From assembly GCF_008065095.1 (NCBI RefSeq), contig NZ_CP042911.1:780001-812000 (forward strand): a stretch of DNA of 32,000 nt. The letters are read 5' to 3'. The notes under the pieces are model-generated. The model searched no databases and was not told where the DNA came from. It worked only from the letters and a program-made list of their open reading frames with translations. Origin of the DNA: Gemmata obscuriglobus. Lineage in GTDB: Bacteria; Planctomycetota; Planctomycetia; Gemmatales; Gemmataceae. The translations under genes and the position numbers were made by a program. Of this stretch, positions 1 through 8,718 are shown in pieces (the stretch's first letter is position 1; every line of letters starts with the position of its first letter).

Positions 1-84
1 GTGGCGCGCGAAGCACCGTTCGGCCGCGGCCAGGATCTGCTTGCGGCGGTCGTCGGCCAGTGCGCACACGGCGGCCTCTCTCAT
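1..84 (-). CDS. TetR/AcrR-family transcriptional regulator, first 28 codons only (gene runs off the left edge)
   Basis: The reverse complement of 1-84 starts with ATG (82-84) and reads MREAAVCALADDRRKQILAAAERCFARH. The stretch RRKQILAAAERCFARH fits the R-x-x-IL-x-AA-x-x-F start of the TetR N-terminal HTH domain. Only a fragment is visible. Confidence 0.4.
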   Translation of the reverse strand, partial: MREAAVCALADDRRKQILAAAERCFARH

Positions 85-89
85 CGCGA

Positions 90-151
90 GCGAACGTTCA
101 TTCGCATCATAATTGCCGGCGGATTCGTGTCAATTCGGATTGTTCGGATTG
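90..151. promoter_or_regulatory. Candidate operator/promoter elements in the divergent spacer between the TetR-like gene and the PLP-enzyme gene
   Basis: The spacer (85-201, 117 bp) is AT-richer than its surroundings. It holds a perfect palindrome GAACGTTC at 92-99, nested in GCGAA-N6-TTCGC (90-105), and the tandem 9-mer TTCGGATTG x2 at 134-151. Function is inferred from position only. Confidence 0.25.
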
Positions 152-201
152 CAGCAACCTTCACACATACAACACCAGCCCGGTTCCGGAGAACGACGTT
201 C

Positions 202-1143
202 ATGGCCACCGAACTGCCCGGCTGTCACCGCTATTTGAACCGCATCGCCCCGACGCCGCTCGTGCCGGTGCAACTGGACGCCGGGCGGCCCGCGGTGTGG
301 TGCAAGCTGGAGTTCCTGAACCCGAGTGGCAGCACCAAGGACCGCATCGCGCGGTTCATCCTGGAGAAGGCGTGGCGCCGCGGGCTGGTGACGTGCGGGG
401 GCCGGGTCGTCGAGGCGTCGAGCGGGAGCACGAGCATCGCCCTGGCGCTCGCCTGCGCGCAGATGGGGCTGAAGTTCCTGGCGGTGATGCCGGAGGGCGT
501 GAGCAACGAGCGGGTGTTCATCATCCGGGCCTACGGCGGCGACGTGACGTTCACCCCGGCGGCGCTGGGGATTCGCGGCGCGATCGCGGAGGTGGAGCGG
601 CTCGGGGCCGAACCCGGCGTGTTCCTGCCGAAGCAGTTCGCGAACCTCGACAACGCCGAAGCCCACCGGCTCGGGACCGCGCGCGAGGTGCTGGACCAGA
701 TCCCCGGCGGCCGGGTCGATGCGGTGGTCAGCGGGGTCGGCACCGGGGGGACGCTGGTGGGGCTGTTCGAGGGGCTGCGCGAGAACGGGTGCCGGGTGGT
801 GCCGGTGCTGGCCCGCCCGGTCAACCTCGTGAGCGCACCGGAGGTCGAGTGCTGTAGCTTCTCGGCGCGCATCCCGGGCGTCGCGGACTCGATCTCGGAG
901 ATTTTCCGCCCCGAGCGCGTTCCGGGCTTATTGACCGTTGAGGTGCGCGACGAGGACGCCATCGCCACGACGCGCGAGCTGATCCGGCTGGGGTTCCCGG
1001 TCGGCCCGAGTTCCGGGCTGAACTACTGCGCCGCGCTCGAAGCCCTGCGCCAGCTCAACGACCCGCACGCCCAGGTGGTCACGGTGTTCCCGGACCGGAT
1101 GGAGCGCTACTTCACCACCGAACTGTTCAAGCCGTTCGTATGA
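202..1143 (+). CDS. PLP-dependent cysteine synthase family enzyme (CysK/CysM-like fold type II)
   Basis: The first ATG in the open frame is at 202; the upstream part overlaps the divergent gene and spacer. Motifs present: the PLP-lysine motif NPSGSTKDR, the Gly loop GVGTGGT, and the C-terminal GPSSG. Length is ~313 aa. The substrate loop reads SSGSTS instead of the canonical SGNTG. Confidence 0.85.
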   Translation: MATELPGCHRYLNRIAPTPLVPVQLDAGRPAVWCKLEFLNPSGSTKDRIARFILEKAWRRGLVTCGGRVVEASSGSTSIALALACAQMGLKFLAVMPEGVSNERVFIIRAYGGDVTFTPAALGIRGAIAEVERLGAEPGVFLPKQFANLDNAEAHRLGTAREVLDQIPGGRVDAVVSGVGTGGTLVGLFEGLRENGCRVVPVLARPVNLVSAPEVECCSFSARIPGVADSISEIFRPERVPGLLTVEVRDEDAIATTRELIRLGFPVGPSSGLNYCAALEALRQLNDPHAQVVTVFPDRMERYFTTELFKPFV

Positions 1144-1183
1144 TGGAAGGTCGCCCGGTTCGTCCCCTCGAGCAGGCCGCGTA

Positions 1184-2377
1184 ATGAGCATCCGGCTGTC
1201 GTGCCCGTCCTGTAACCACGGTTTCGCACTGCCCGTCCTGCCGGGGCACCGTCGCGCGACGTGCCCGCGGTGCGGCGACGTGTTCCCGATTCGGACCTAC
1301 ACGGAGGAAGGGGATCACGAGCCGGTGGCGGAGACGACCGGAACCGCCGTCGCACCTAAAAGCCAGAAGCAGCCCTTCTGGAACAACGGGTTTTACCTCC
1401 TGCTGGTTACCTTCGCGCTGGTGGTGATCGCTTCGGGCGTCATTGTCGGGATGCGGACAAGAGACGGATCGGGGCCATCGAACGACGGCCTTTCTTCCGT
1501 GCCACCTCCGTCGTCGGAATTGGCCGCGCTCCGCTACCTCCGCGGGAACTCCAACATCGTGTTCGCGATTCGCCCGGAACCGCTGCTCGCGTATGCGGAA
1601 CGGACAAAGCAGCAACCCGGCGACGTGCTGAAACGGTCCGGGCTTCCGGACGGACTCGGCGCGACGGTCGAGCAACTGGGCGTTCCGCTCGCGCAGATCG
1701 ATCACCTCGCGGGCGGGCTCGAACTGGGCGAGGGCGACGACGCTATCCGACTGACGTTGGTGCTGGTGCTGAAACAACCGCCCGCCGACGAGGACATGTT
1801 TCTGAGTAAGCTGAAGGCGCGGCCGGTGGCCGGAAAGCGCGACCGGTACGACGCCGCGGTGGGCCGGTTCGGCTTGCTCCTCGCACGGGTGTCGCCGACG
1901 GTATGGGTGTTCGGGTTGAACCAGAAGGACTTTAGCGCGATCGAGGCTGGCGAGCACCGTCCGGCGGGTGCGCAGTTCCGCGGCGACGATCGCTCGGGAC
2001 TTCGCGGGATGATCCGGGCCGTCCCGGCGGACGCCGCGGTGTGGGCCGCGGCCGACGACGACCGCGACTGGACGCAGAAACCCGCGCTGAAGCTGTTCGG
2101 CAACGCGCCCGAGGTGAAGAAGTGGTTGACGGCGGTGAAGGACGGGCGGGGCGGTACGCTCGCGGTGCGCCTCGGCGAGCAGCCGCAGGTGCAACTGCGC
2201 GTGCGGGCCGTCGATGAAGCGACGGCCGGGCGCGTGCGCTCGTACTTCGCGGCGCAAGCGGGGGAGCTTCCCTCGGCGCGGTTCGGGGGAGAAGGCGCGC
2301 TCGCCGAGTTCGATTCGCCGTTCAGTGCGGACACGGGTCGACTGCTTCAGCGCTTCCTCGCCGACGCCGGCCGGTAA
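1184..2377 (+). CDS. Membrane-anchored hypothetical protein with N-terminal zinc-ribbon
   Basis: ATG at 1184, 41 nt after the upstream stop. The N-terminus has CPSC-x17-CPRC, followed by one hydrophobic helix (FYLLLVTFALVVIASGVIVG) and a ~300-aa extracytoplasmic part. Third-position GC is high, like neighbouring genes. I recognise no enzymatic motif. Confidence 0.7.
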   Translation: MSIRLSCPSCNHGFALPVLPGHRRATCPRCGDVFPIRTYTEEGDHEPVAETTGTAVAPKSQKQPFWNNGFYLLLVTFALVVIASGVIVGMRTRDGSGPSNDGLSSVPPPSSELAALRYLRGNSNIVFAIRPEPLLAYAERTKQQPGDVLKRSGLPDGLGATVEQLGVPLAQIDHLAGGLELGEGDDAIRLTLVLVLKQPPADEDMFLSKLKARPVAGKRDRYDAAVGRFGLLLARVSPTVWVFGLNQKDFSAIEAGEHRPAGAQFRGDDRSGLRGMIRAVPADAAVWAAADDDRDWTQKPALKLFGNAPEVKKWLTAVKDGRGGTLAVRLGEQPQVQLRVRAVDEATAGRVRSYFAAQAGELPSARFGGEGALAEFDSPFSADTGRLLQRFLADAGR

Positions 2378-2546
2378 AGCGGGCGCCGTTCGGTTCTTGA
2401 ACCTTCTCTGTGACTATCGGCGCACCCGGTCGGGCCGCTGCCGTGCTCAATCGCGCCGTGCCCGGGATGTCATCGCGAGTTCGTGCGTAATGACATGACC
2501 GGAACGGACCGAGCATCTGTTCAATTCGTTATCCGGCCGCCCCGTG

Positions 2547-2575
2547 TTGACTGTGTCGCGCCACACGCCGATACT
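2547..2575 (+). promoter_or_regulatory. Sigma-70-like promoter candidate (TTGACT-17 nt-GATACT) for the protease gene
   Basis: TTGACT lies at 2547-2552, followed by a 17-nt spacer and GATACT at 2570-2575, about 38 nt upstream of the ATG at 2613. Planctomycete promoter rules are poorly defined, so this is tentative. Confidence 0.3.
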
Positions 2576-2612
2576 CGATGAAAACGTGTCACCCGAACTT
2601 CGGACGGTGCTC

Positions 2613-5600
2613 ATGCCACGCGCCCTCGCCCTCGGCCTTCTCGTCGTTGCCGCGCTACCGGCTCGCGCCGACGACGCCATCGCCCCGGAAACTGTCACCG
2701 CGACCAAGTCCGCCTCGGTCTACGTTCGGGTCGAGGGGGACGACTGGAAGGGCTCCGGGTCCGGGTTCGTTGTCACCGTCGACAAGGACAACGTGCTCGT
2801 GGTCACCAACCACCACGTCGTACTCAAGCCGCCGCCCGGCGCCCCGCCGAAGCCGGCGACCGTGCGCGTGGTGTTCGGCAGCGGAACCGTGGCCGAGCGC
2901 GAGTACCGGGCGGCGGTCGTCGCGGCCGACGAGGAGCGCGACCTCGCCGTGCTCCGGGTGACCGACGTGAAGGACCCGCCCAAGCCGATCGCGTACCTCG
3001 ACCCGCCCAAACCGGTCGAGACGATGAGCGTGTACTCGTTCGGGTTCCCGCTCGGGCAGGCGCTCGCGACCGGCAAGGGAGCCCCGGCCGTCACCGTCGG
3101 CAAGGCGTCGGTCTCCAGCCTCCGCGAGGGGAGCGACGGCGAACTGGCTACCATCCAGATCGACGGCAACTTGAACCCGGGTAACAGCGGCGGACCGGTC
3201 GTCGACGGCAAGGGGCGGCTGGTCGGCGTGGCCGTTGCCCGCATCCGGGACGGTCAGGGGATCGGGTTCCTCGTCCCGGCGGCCGAGGTGGGCCGGCTGA
3301 TGGCCGGGCGCGTCGAGCGGGTGCGGGTCAGCACCGGCAAGGGAGACGGCGGAAGGCCGATCGCGCGCGTCGAGGCCGAGGTGATCGACCCGGCCGGCGC
3401 GGTCCGGAGCGTGACCGCGTACTGCGTCGTGGTTCCACCGAAGGAGAAAGCGCCGGACGCCGCCGCGCTCGACAAGCACCCGCGCGCCAAGAAGGTCGTT
3501 CTGAAGGTGGACAACGGCCTGGCTGTCGGCGAACTGGCGATCGACAAGGCCGAGGGCGCGGTGCTGGTTCAGGTGATCGGCGACCGGGGGGCCAAGACGG
3601 AAGCCGTGGCCACCCGCCCGCGCGCCTTCGCGCTCGCTCCGGGCTTGACGCCCGGAGACCTGGCCGGCCCGCCGCCGGCCGGATGGAAGGAGCACACCTC
3701 GCGCGGCAAAGAGTTCTCGGTCTGGTTGCCCGAGAAGCCGGCGCGGCAGACCGAAGAGCGGCGCAACTTCGCCTTGGGCGCGCGCGCCTTCCCGGCCGGC
3801 GGCGTGACCGGAGAAACGGAAGACGGGCTCGGCTACCGAGCGGAGACGGTCGACCTCCCGCCCACGCTCGCCCGCCTCGCGGCCGACTTGTTCCCTGCCA
3901 TCCGCAGCTCCCTGCGGGACGAAACTGCGGGACGGATCACCGAATCGGTTCAGGCCCAAATCGGGACGCTGCACGGGGCCGAGTTCTGGCTCGAGTCCCG
4001 GACCGGCATCACCCGCGTGCGGGCGTACGTGCACGACCGGCGGATCTACCTGGTGCGAGTAACCGGTACGACCGGCCAGGTGTCGGGTGCCGACGCGGAA
4101 ACCATCCTCGCGTCTTTCCGCAAGCCGGGGGACCTCCAGGCCCAGGCGCCGGCCACGCGCCCCTCCCCCGGCAAGCCGGCCGAGCCGAACGTGGTGCCCT
4201 CGGGTAAGGAACCGTTCATCCTCGGGTCAATCGCTCACGACCCGAAGTTCAAAACGATCGGCCCGGCGGGCGCGATCCTGATCGGGGTCGAGGCTCGGTT
4301 CGGCAAGTTCGGGGACCTCGACATCGTGCGGGCCGTGCGCCCGATCTACCGGGTGAACGGCAAAGAGGAATTCGGCAAGCAGTTCGGCAACGACCTGAAG
4401 GGCGCGGTCACGCTCAAGGCCAAAGACGGGTACGCGGTCGGCGGGGTGACGGGGAAAGCCGGGTGGTGGTGTAACGGGTTCGCGCTCACGTTCATGAAGG
4501 TGAAGCCGGACGGCACGCTCGATCCGAAAGACTCTTACGAGAGCGAGTGGGCCGGTTTCAACGGCAAGGGGGACGTGCACCGGGTGATGACCGACGGCGC
4601 CCCGGCGGTCGGCATCGTCGGGAAGATCGTTGGTCACGAGACTACCGCGTTCGGCCTGCTCTTCAAAGGCCAGGAGGGGTTCGAGACCAACCCGTCGGCA
4701 CCGGTCCCGGGCGCGCCCGGGGAGCCGAAGGTCATCGCACTGGGTAAGGAGCCCTACATCCTCGGGTCGATCGAACACGACCCGAAGTTCAAGACGATCG
4801 GCCCGGCGGGCGCGATCCTGATCGGCCTGGAGGTGCGGTTCGGCAAGTTCGGCTCGACCGACATCGCGCGGGCCGTGCGCCCGATCTACCGGGTCGACGG
4901 TGAGGAGGAGTTCGGGCGCCAGTTCGGCCGGGACATGAGGGGCGCAATCACCCTGAAGGCGAAGGACGGGTACGCGGTCGGGGCGATCATCGGCAAGGCG
5001 GGATGGTGGTGCAACGGGTTCGCGCTCACGTTCATGAAGGTGAAGCCGGACGGCACATTGGACCCGAAAGACTCCTACGACAGCCCCTGGGTCGGGTTCG
5101 ACGGCCGGGGTGAGGTGTTCAAGGTGTCCGGTGACGGCGCCCCGGTCGTCGGCATCGTGGGCAAGATCGTCGGCGCCGAGACCACCGCCCTCGGGTTGGT
5201 GTTCAAGGGACAAGAAAAGTTCGCCGTCGGCGACGGGAGCGGCGCGCCCGTAAACCCGAAGGTCACCGCCGCCGGCAAAGAGGCGGTGACCTTCGGGGGC
5301 GAGCAGAACCGGGCGTTCGAAGCCCCCGGCCCCGACGGGGCCATCTTGGTCGGGTTGGAACTCAGCATTGAGGAGGCGATCGGCGAAGATTGCATCAACG
5401 GGGTGCGGCCGATTTACCGGGTGACGAGCGGCGGGAAAACCGAGATCAAGATCGGGGAACGGTACGGCGCGCGTGAGGACCGGTTGGTCACCCTGAAGGC
5501 GCGGGCCGGGTACGCGGTCGGCGCCATGACCTACAAGTACAGCCGGGACTTCGACGGCTGCCTGCTCACGTTCATGAAGATCAAGGCCGACGGCACGCTG

Positions 5601-5783
5601 GACCCGAAAGACTGCTACGACAGCGAGTGGATCGGGTGGAAGGGGCGCGCGAACGAGGGACGCATTGACGGCGAGGGGAAGCCCGTTGTCGGAATCGTTG
5701 GCCGAGGAGACGCCAAGGAGGTGACCGGGTTCGGGCTACTGTTCAAGGGCCAGACGTTCGATCCGGCGGACAAGAACAAGTGA
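2613..5783 (+). CDS. Secreted trypsin-like (S1/HtrA-type) serine protease with a central alpha/beta domain and three C-terminal tandem repeats
   Basis: The ATG at 2613 gives the signal peptide MPRALALGLLVVAALPARADD. The track start at 2544 is a GTG and overlaps the promoter candidate. Catalytic triad context: TNHHV (His), ERDLAVLRV (Asp), GNSGGPVVD (Ser). The protease domain spans ~2710-3295. No PDZ domain is present. The repeats occupy 4203-5780. Confidence 0.85.
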   Translation: MPRALALGLLVVAALPARADDAIAPETVTATKSASVYVRVEGDDWKGSGSGFVVTVDKDNVLVVTNHHVVLKPPPGAPPKPATVRVVFGSGTVAEREYRAAVVAADEERDLAVLRVTDVKDPPKPIAYLDPPKPVETMSVYSFGFPLGQALATGKGAPAVTVGKASVSSLREGSDGELATIQIDGNLNPGNSGGPVVDGKGRLVGVAVARIRDGQGIGFLVPAAEVGRLMAGRVERVRVSTGKGDGGRPIARVEAEVIDPAGAVRSVTAYCVVVPPKEKAPDAAALDKHPRAKKVVLKVDNGLAVGELAIDKAEGAVLVQVIGDRGAKTEAVATRPRAFALAPGLTPGDLAGPPPAGWKEHTSRGKEFSVWLPEKPARQTEERRNFALGARAFPAGGVTGETEDGLGYRAETVDLPPTLARLAADLFPAIRSSLRDETAGRITESVQAQIGTLHGAEFWLESRTGITRVRAYVHDRRIYLVRVTGTTGQVSGADAETILASFRKPGDLQAQAPATRPSPGKPAEPNVVPSGKEPFILGSIAHDPKFKTIGPAGAILIGVEARFGKFGDLDIVRAVRPIYRVNGKEEFGKQFGNDLKGAVTLKAKDGYAVGGVTGKAGWWCNGFALTFMKVKPDGTLDPKDSYESEWAGFNGKGDVHRVMTDGAPAVGIVGKIVGHETTAFGLLFKGQEGFETNPSAPVPGAPGEPKVIALGKEPYILGSIEHDPKFKTIGPAGAILIGLEVRFGKFGSTDIARAVRPIYRVDGEEEFGRQFGRDMRGAITLKAKDGYAVGAIIGKAGWWCNGFALTFMKVKPDGTLDPKDSYDSPWVGFDGRGEVFKVSGDGAPVVGIVGKIVGAETTALGLVFKGQEKFAVGDGSGAPVNPKVTAAGKEAVTFGGEQNRAFEAPGPDGAILVGLELSIEEAIGEDCINGVRPIYRVTSGGKTEIKIGERYGAREDRLVTLKARAGYAVGAMTYKYSRDFDGCLLTFMKIKADGTLDPKDCYDSEWIGWKGRANEGRIDGEGKPVVGIVGRGDAKEVTGFGLLFKGQTFDPADKNK
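4203..5780 (+). repeat. Three tandem in-frame coding repeats (~170-180 aa each) inside the protease gene
   Basis: R1 is 4203-4742, R2 is 4743-5273, and R3 is 5274-5780. R1 and R2 share long identical DNA runs, for example ATCGGCCCGGCGGGCGCGATCCTGATCGG, TACGCGGTCGG and CGGGTTCGCGCTCACGTTCATGAAGGTGAAGCCGGACGGCAC. They begin GKEPFILGSIAHDPKFKTIGPAGAILIG and GKEPYILGSIEHDPKFKTIGPAGAILIG respectively. R3 is clearly homologous but diverged. Confidence 0.9.
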
Positions 5784-5797
5784 CCCCCCGACGCGTT

Positions 5798-5829
5798 CCC
5801 GGGCTGCCGTTGCAGCACGGCAACCCGGG
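5798..5829. terminator. GC-rich hairpin between convergent genes (possible bidirectional terminator)
   Basis: CCCGGGCTGCCG (5798-5809) pairs with CGGCAACCCGGG (5818-5829) with one mismatch, leaving an 8-nt loop. It lies 15 nt after the protease stop and 16 nt before the stop of the minus-strand gene. There is no clear U-tract. Confidence 0.4.
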
Positions 5830-5844
5830 GGCACGCTCAAGAGA

Positions 5845-6516
5845 TCATTCCTTCCCCAGCACCAGATCCACCACCCCGCACCCGCGGACGTGCGGCCCCG
5901 GCCCGCGGCAGTGGTTCAGGATGTCGTCGGAGTTACACCCGGCGTCCTGAAGCGCGTCCGCCAGGACCGGCATCGCAGAGAAGTCACGCGATTCGTACAT
6001 CTGCCCCGCCAGTGCGACAGCGGTGCCAGTGCGCCATTCGGGGGAGAAGGTAACAGGGCGGAACGGGTTGCCGAAGACCTCTCGTGCGATCGCAACGATG
6101 GTCGTCGGTGGGAACACACCGAGTTCGGTGATGGCCAAGTACTGATCGATATTCTCTGTTTCCCCGTCCAGCGCGAAGATGGCGTAGAACGCGGTTTGAA
6201 ACTCCGGCGCGTCTGCGATGCTCTGCGACATGCGCCCGGCCAGCAAGGGCTCGACTTGCAACCGGCCGGACAGTTCCCACATCGCAACCCGTGCGTCATA
6301 AAACGCCTGCTCACGCTGGGATCGTTCCAGCAGTCCGTCGGCGTCTTGTTCGGCCGCATCGACTGCTGCCCGCAACCGCGGATCGGTCGGTCGCGCTTGA
6401 AGGGTGCGAGCCAACGCGCAGGCGAAGAAGCGCAGCTTCCGGGCACTCGCGCGGGTGCGGAGGGCCTCCAACACCTCGGCCGGATCATCACACGCCAGCC
6501 ACTCCGCTTCGGTCAT
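5845..6516 (-). CDS. Conserved hypothetical protein of a paralogous family (N-term MTEAEWLACDDP..., C-term ...ADALQDAGC-x-SDDILNHCRG-x5-RGC-x-VVDLVLGKE)
   Basis: ATG at 6516 with GAGGG 8 nt upstream, 30 nt downstream of the CotH-like gene stop on the same strand. The N- and C-terminal sequence blocks resemble a multi-copy family I recall from Planctomycetes and Myxobacteria, with no known function. A truncated second copy lies at 8719-8916. Confidence 0.75.
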   Translation of the reverse strand: MTEAEWLACDDPAEVLEALRTRASARKLRFFACALARTLQARPTDPRLRAAVDAAEQDADGLLERSQREQAFYDARVAMWELSGRLQVEPLLAGRMSQSIADAPEFQTAFYAIFALDGETENIDQYLAITELGVFPPTTIVAIAREVFGNPFRPVTFSPEWRTGTAVALAGQMYESRDFSAMPVLADALQDAGCNSDDILNHCRGPGPHVRGCGVVDLVLGKE

Positions 6517-6546
6517 CGGCGGCCCTCGCTGCCTTTCGGCGTCCCA

Positions 6547-8658
6547 TTACTTCACGCTGACGGCGACCGGCGCGCTCCAGTTCCCGCAGCGCCCGGTGGC
6601 GTCGCGCCAGCGGGCGCGGACCCGGTACTCGCCCTTCTCCGCGAACACCTCGCGCGGGATCTCCACCGAACGCCCCTCCGCCACGTCCTTCCGCCAGTGG
6701 TTCGCCAGTTCGTACCAGCCCTTCTGGCCGACGCGCCCCACCCGCCACTCCAGCGCCGCGGACTTGGCCCCGGCGGGCGACGTGAACGCCGCGGCCTCGA
6801 ACGTGTAGCCGTTGGCCTTGGGGCGCGTCACCGCCGGTTTCGCCGGGATCTTGTCGTCTTTCGCCTCGTGCGCCAGGTAGCCCCAGCCGTAGCCGCGCTG
6901 GTCGCCGTCGTTGGGGGCGTAGTTCTTGACCGGGCGAACGTCGGTGCAGAACTCGATCAGGTACTTGCGGAACCCGGCGAAGTCGGCGGTCGCCAGCGTC
7001 CGCTTCCACGCGCCGCCGAAGTGGTCGCCGGTGGCCGGGTTGACGAAGTACGCGCCCTTCGGGTTGATTCGCGGGTGGTGGTTCCAGCGGGCTTCGTCCA
7101 GCCGCGGCCAGTCCACACGGAACCCTTTCGGCGTCAGCGCCGAACCGAGGTCGGACACCAACTGGCCGACCTGCCCGCCGCGGTCGGTGCCGTCGGCCGC
7201 GAACAGGTCGAGCACCTCGCGTGCCCGGTTGCGGTACTCCAGCGCGATCGCGGGGTGCTGGAGGCAGTTCGCCGCGTCGATGTAGCCCGGCTGGTGGTGC
7301 CGCGGGACGAACGTCATGTCCATGTCCCACGGGATCGGCGCCCAGCGCCCGTCCGGGCGGCGGTAGTACCCGTGGTTGCCGTCGGGCCGCAGGTCCACGT
7401 TGCCGAGCAGACGGTTCAGCGCGTGAAAGCTGAAATACGTCGGCAGGTCGAGGTTCTGGCGCCACCAGTCCTCTTTCGGGTTGGACCGCATCCCGTTAAG
7501 GAACTTGTCCCACTCCTTCTGGGCGTCCGTCATGCCCTTGGGGGTGTGCTTGATCCCGCTCTGGATGCTGACCGTCAGCCCGTCCGCCAGCGGCCGGTCG
7601 GCGAGCAGCTTGGGGTTCATTTCGCCGAGCGCGATGTAGACGCCCCACAGGTCGCCCGCGTACTGGTCCTTCGCGGCCACCTCGTCGGCCCCGGTGACCA
7701 CGCGCCACTGCACCCACGTCGCCTGCGGGCTGGGGACTCCGGCGAGCCGGTACGAGCGCATGCACAGCACCTCGTCCAGCCCGGTGATGCCGCGGTGGAC
7801 CGGCAGGTACGGCGTGGACCCGCCCGGGTTCAGGTCGAGGCTGTCGCACGAGACCGGGAACGGGACGCCGTCGTGATCGACCATCGGCACGTCGTGCCCG
7901 CGGGCGAACTTCAGCGCCCATTTGTTCTTGCCGGCGATGTGGGCGCTCCCCTGGCCGCGGTTGCTGTACTGGATGTGGTCGTACACGATTCCGCGGTAGA
8001 CGACCGTGCCCTGCTGCTTCTGCTTGTGGAAGTTTCCGTCCCACTGGCTCTTCGCAACGTCGTCCGCCCGCGCGAGCAGGTGTAAGGGTTGGAGCGTGTT
8101 GAGGAACGCCGCCGAGAACGCCAGCGGCAGCACCTTTCCGGGCTCGCGCGAACCGGTCCAGGTCGCGGGGCCGGCGTTGCACCACCACGCGAAGTTGGGG
8201 CAGGTGTCGTCGGCCGCCGGGAACCGCAGGGCTTTGCCCGCCCCGTCGGTCGCGGTGACCCGGTAGCGGAGCAGCCACCGGTGCTTCTGATACGTCGCCG
8301 GCACCCGAACGCTGAACACGCCGTCGCCGGCCTTCTCGTCGCCCTCCTTGCCGTCGTCCCGCATCGGGAGGTCGGTCCAGTCCTTCTCGTACTCGGCGTC
8401 GGCCTTGCGGACGTACTTCCCCGGCGCGACCGCTTGCAGCTTCAGGGTGACCTTCGTCACGTCGGCCGGCAGCTTCGCGGTCACCAACACCGGCACCCCG
8501 GGCCTCGGCGCGACGGGCTCGTGACGCGCCTCCCCAACCGCGAGCGGCTTTACCGCAGCGTCCGCTTTGCGCGGGGTATCGGTGGGCGGTTGAGCGAAGA
8601 CGGGTGAGGCGACGGTGACGAGCAGCCACGTAAGGAGCATCGGGAGCCGGTCGGTCAT
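6547..8658 (-). CDS. Secreted CotH kinase-family protein
   Basis: Signal peptide MTDRLPMLLTWLLVTVASPVFA. The central blocks YSNRGQGSAHIAGKNKWALKF, DLWGVYIALGEM and RWAPIPWDMDMTF resemble the conserved blocks of the CotH (spore-coat protein H, atypical kinase) family. The C-terminal ~100 aa look like a beta-sandwich tail. Confidence 0.8.
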   Translation of the reverse strand: MTDRLPMLLTWLLVTVASPVFAQPPTDTPRKADAAVKPLAVGEARHEPVAPRPGVPVLVTAKLPADVTKVTLKLQAVAPGKYVRKADAEYEKDWTDLPMRDDGKEGDEKAGDGVFSVRVPATYQKHRWLLRYRVTATDGAGKALRFPAADDTCPNFAWWCNAGPATWTGSREPGKVLPLAFSAAFLNTLQPLHLLARADDVAKSQWDGNFHKQKQQGTVVYRGIVYDHIQYSNRGQGSAHIAGKNKWALKFARGHDVPMVDHDGVPFPVSCDSLDLNPGGSTPYLPVHRGITGLDEVLCMRSYRLAGVPSPQATWVQWRVVTGADEVAAKDQYAGDLWGVYIALGEMNPKLLADRPLADGLTVSIQSGIKHTPKGMTDAQKEWDKFLNGMRSNPKEDWWRQNLDLPTYFSFHALNRLLGNVDLRPDGNHGYYRRPDGRWAPIPWDMDMTFVPRHHQPGYIDAANCLQHPAIALEYRNRAREVLDLFAADGTDRGGQVGQLVSDLGSALTPKGFRVDWPRLDEARWNHHPRINPKGAYFVNPATGDHFGGAWKRTLATADFAGFRKYLIEFCTDVRPVKNYAPNDGDQRGYGWGYLAHEAKDDKIPAKPAVTRPKANGYTFEAAAFTSPAGAKSAALEWRVGRVGQKGWYELANHWRKDVAEGRSVEIPREVFAEKGEYRVRARWRDATGRCGNWSAPVAVSVK

Positions 8659-8718
8659 ATGTGTTGCTCGCGGAGAATCGGGGGAAGGTCGCGTTGCGGG
8701 AGCGGGACGCTCGTGGCG

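Noticed and set aside
2544-2612. The GTG start at 2544 for the protease (track ORF start)
   Set aside because: The extension (MLTVSRHTPILDENVSPELRTVL) precedes a textbook signal peptide that begins at ATG 2613, and it overlaps the TTGACT-17-GATACT promoter candidate. ATG 2613 is preferred.
2655-5213. Minus-strand ORFs 2655-4034 (459 aa) and 4227-5213 (328 aa)
   Set aside because: They lie antisense to the protease gene, which has a catalytic triad and conserved repeats. No motifs are present.
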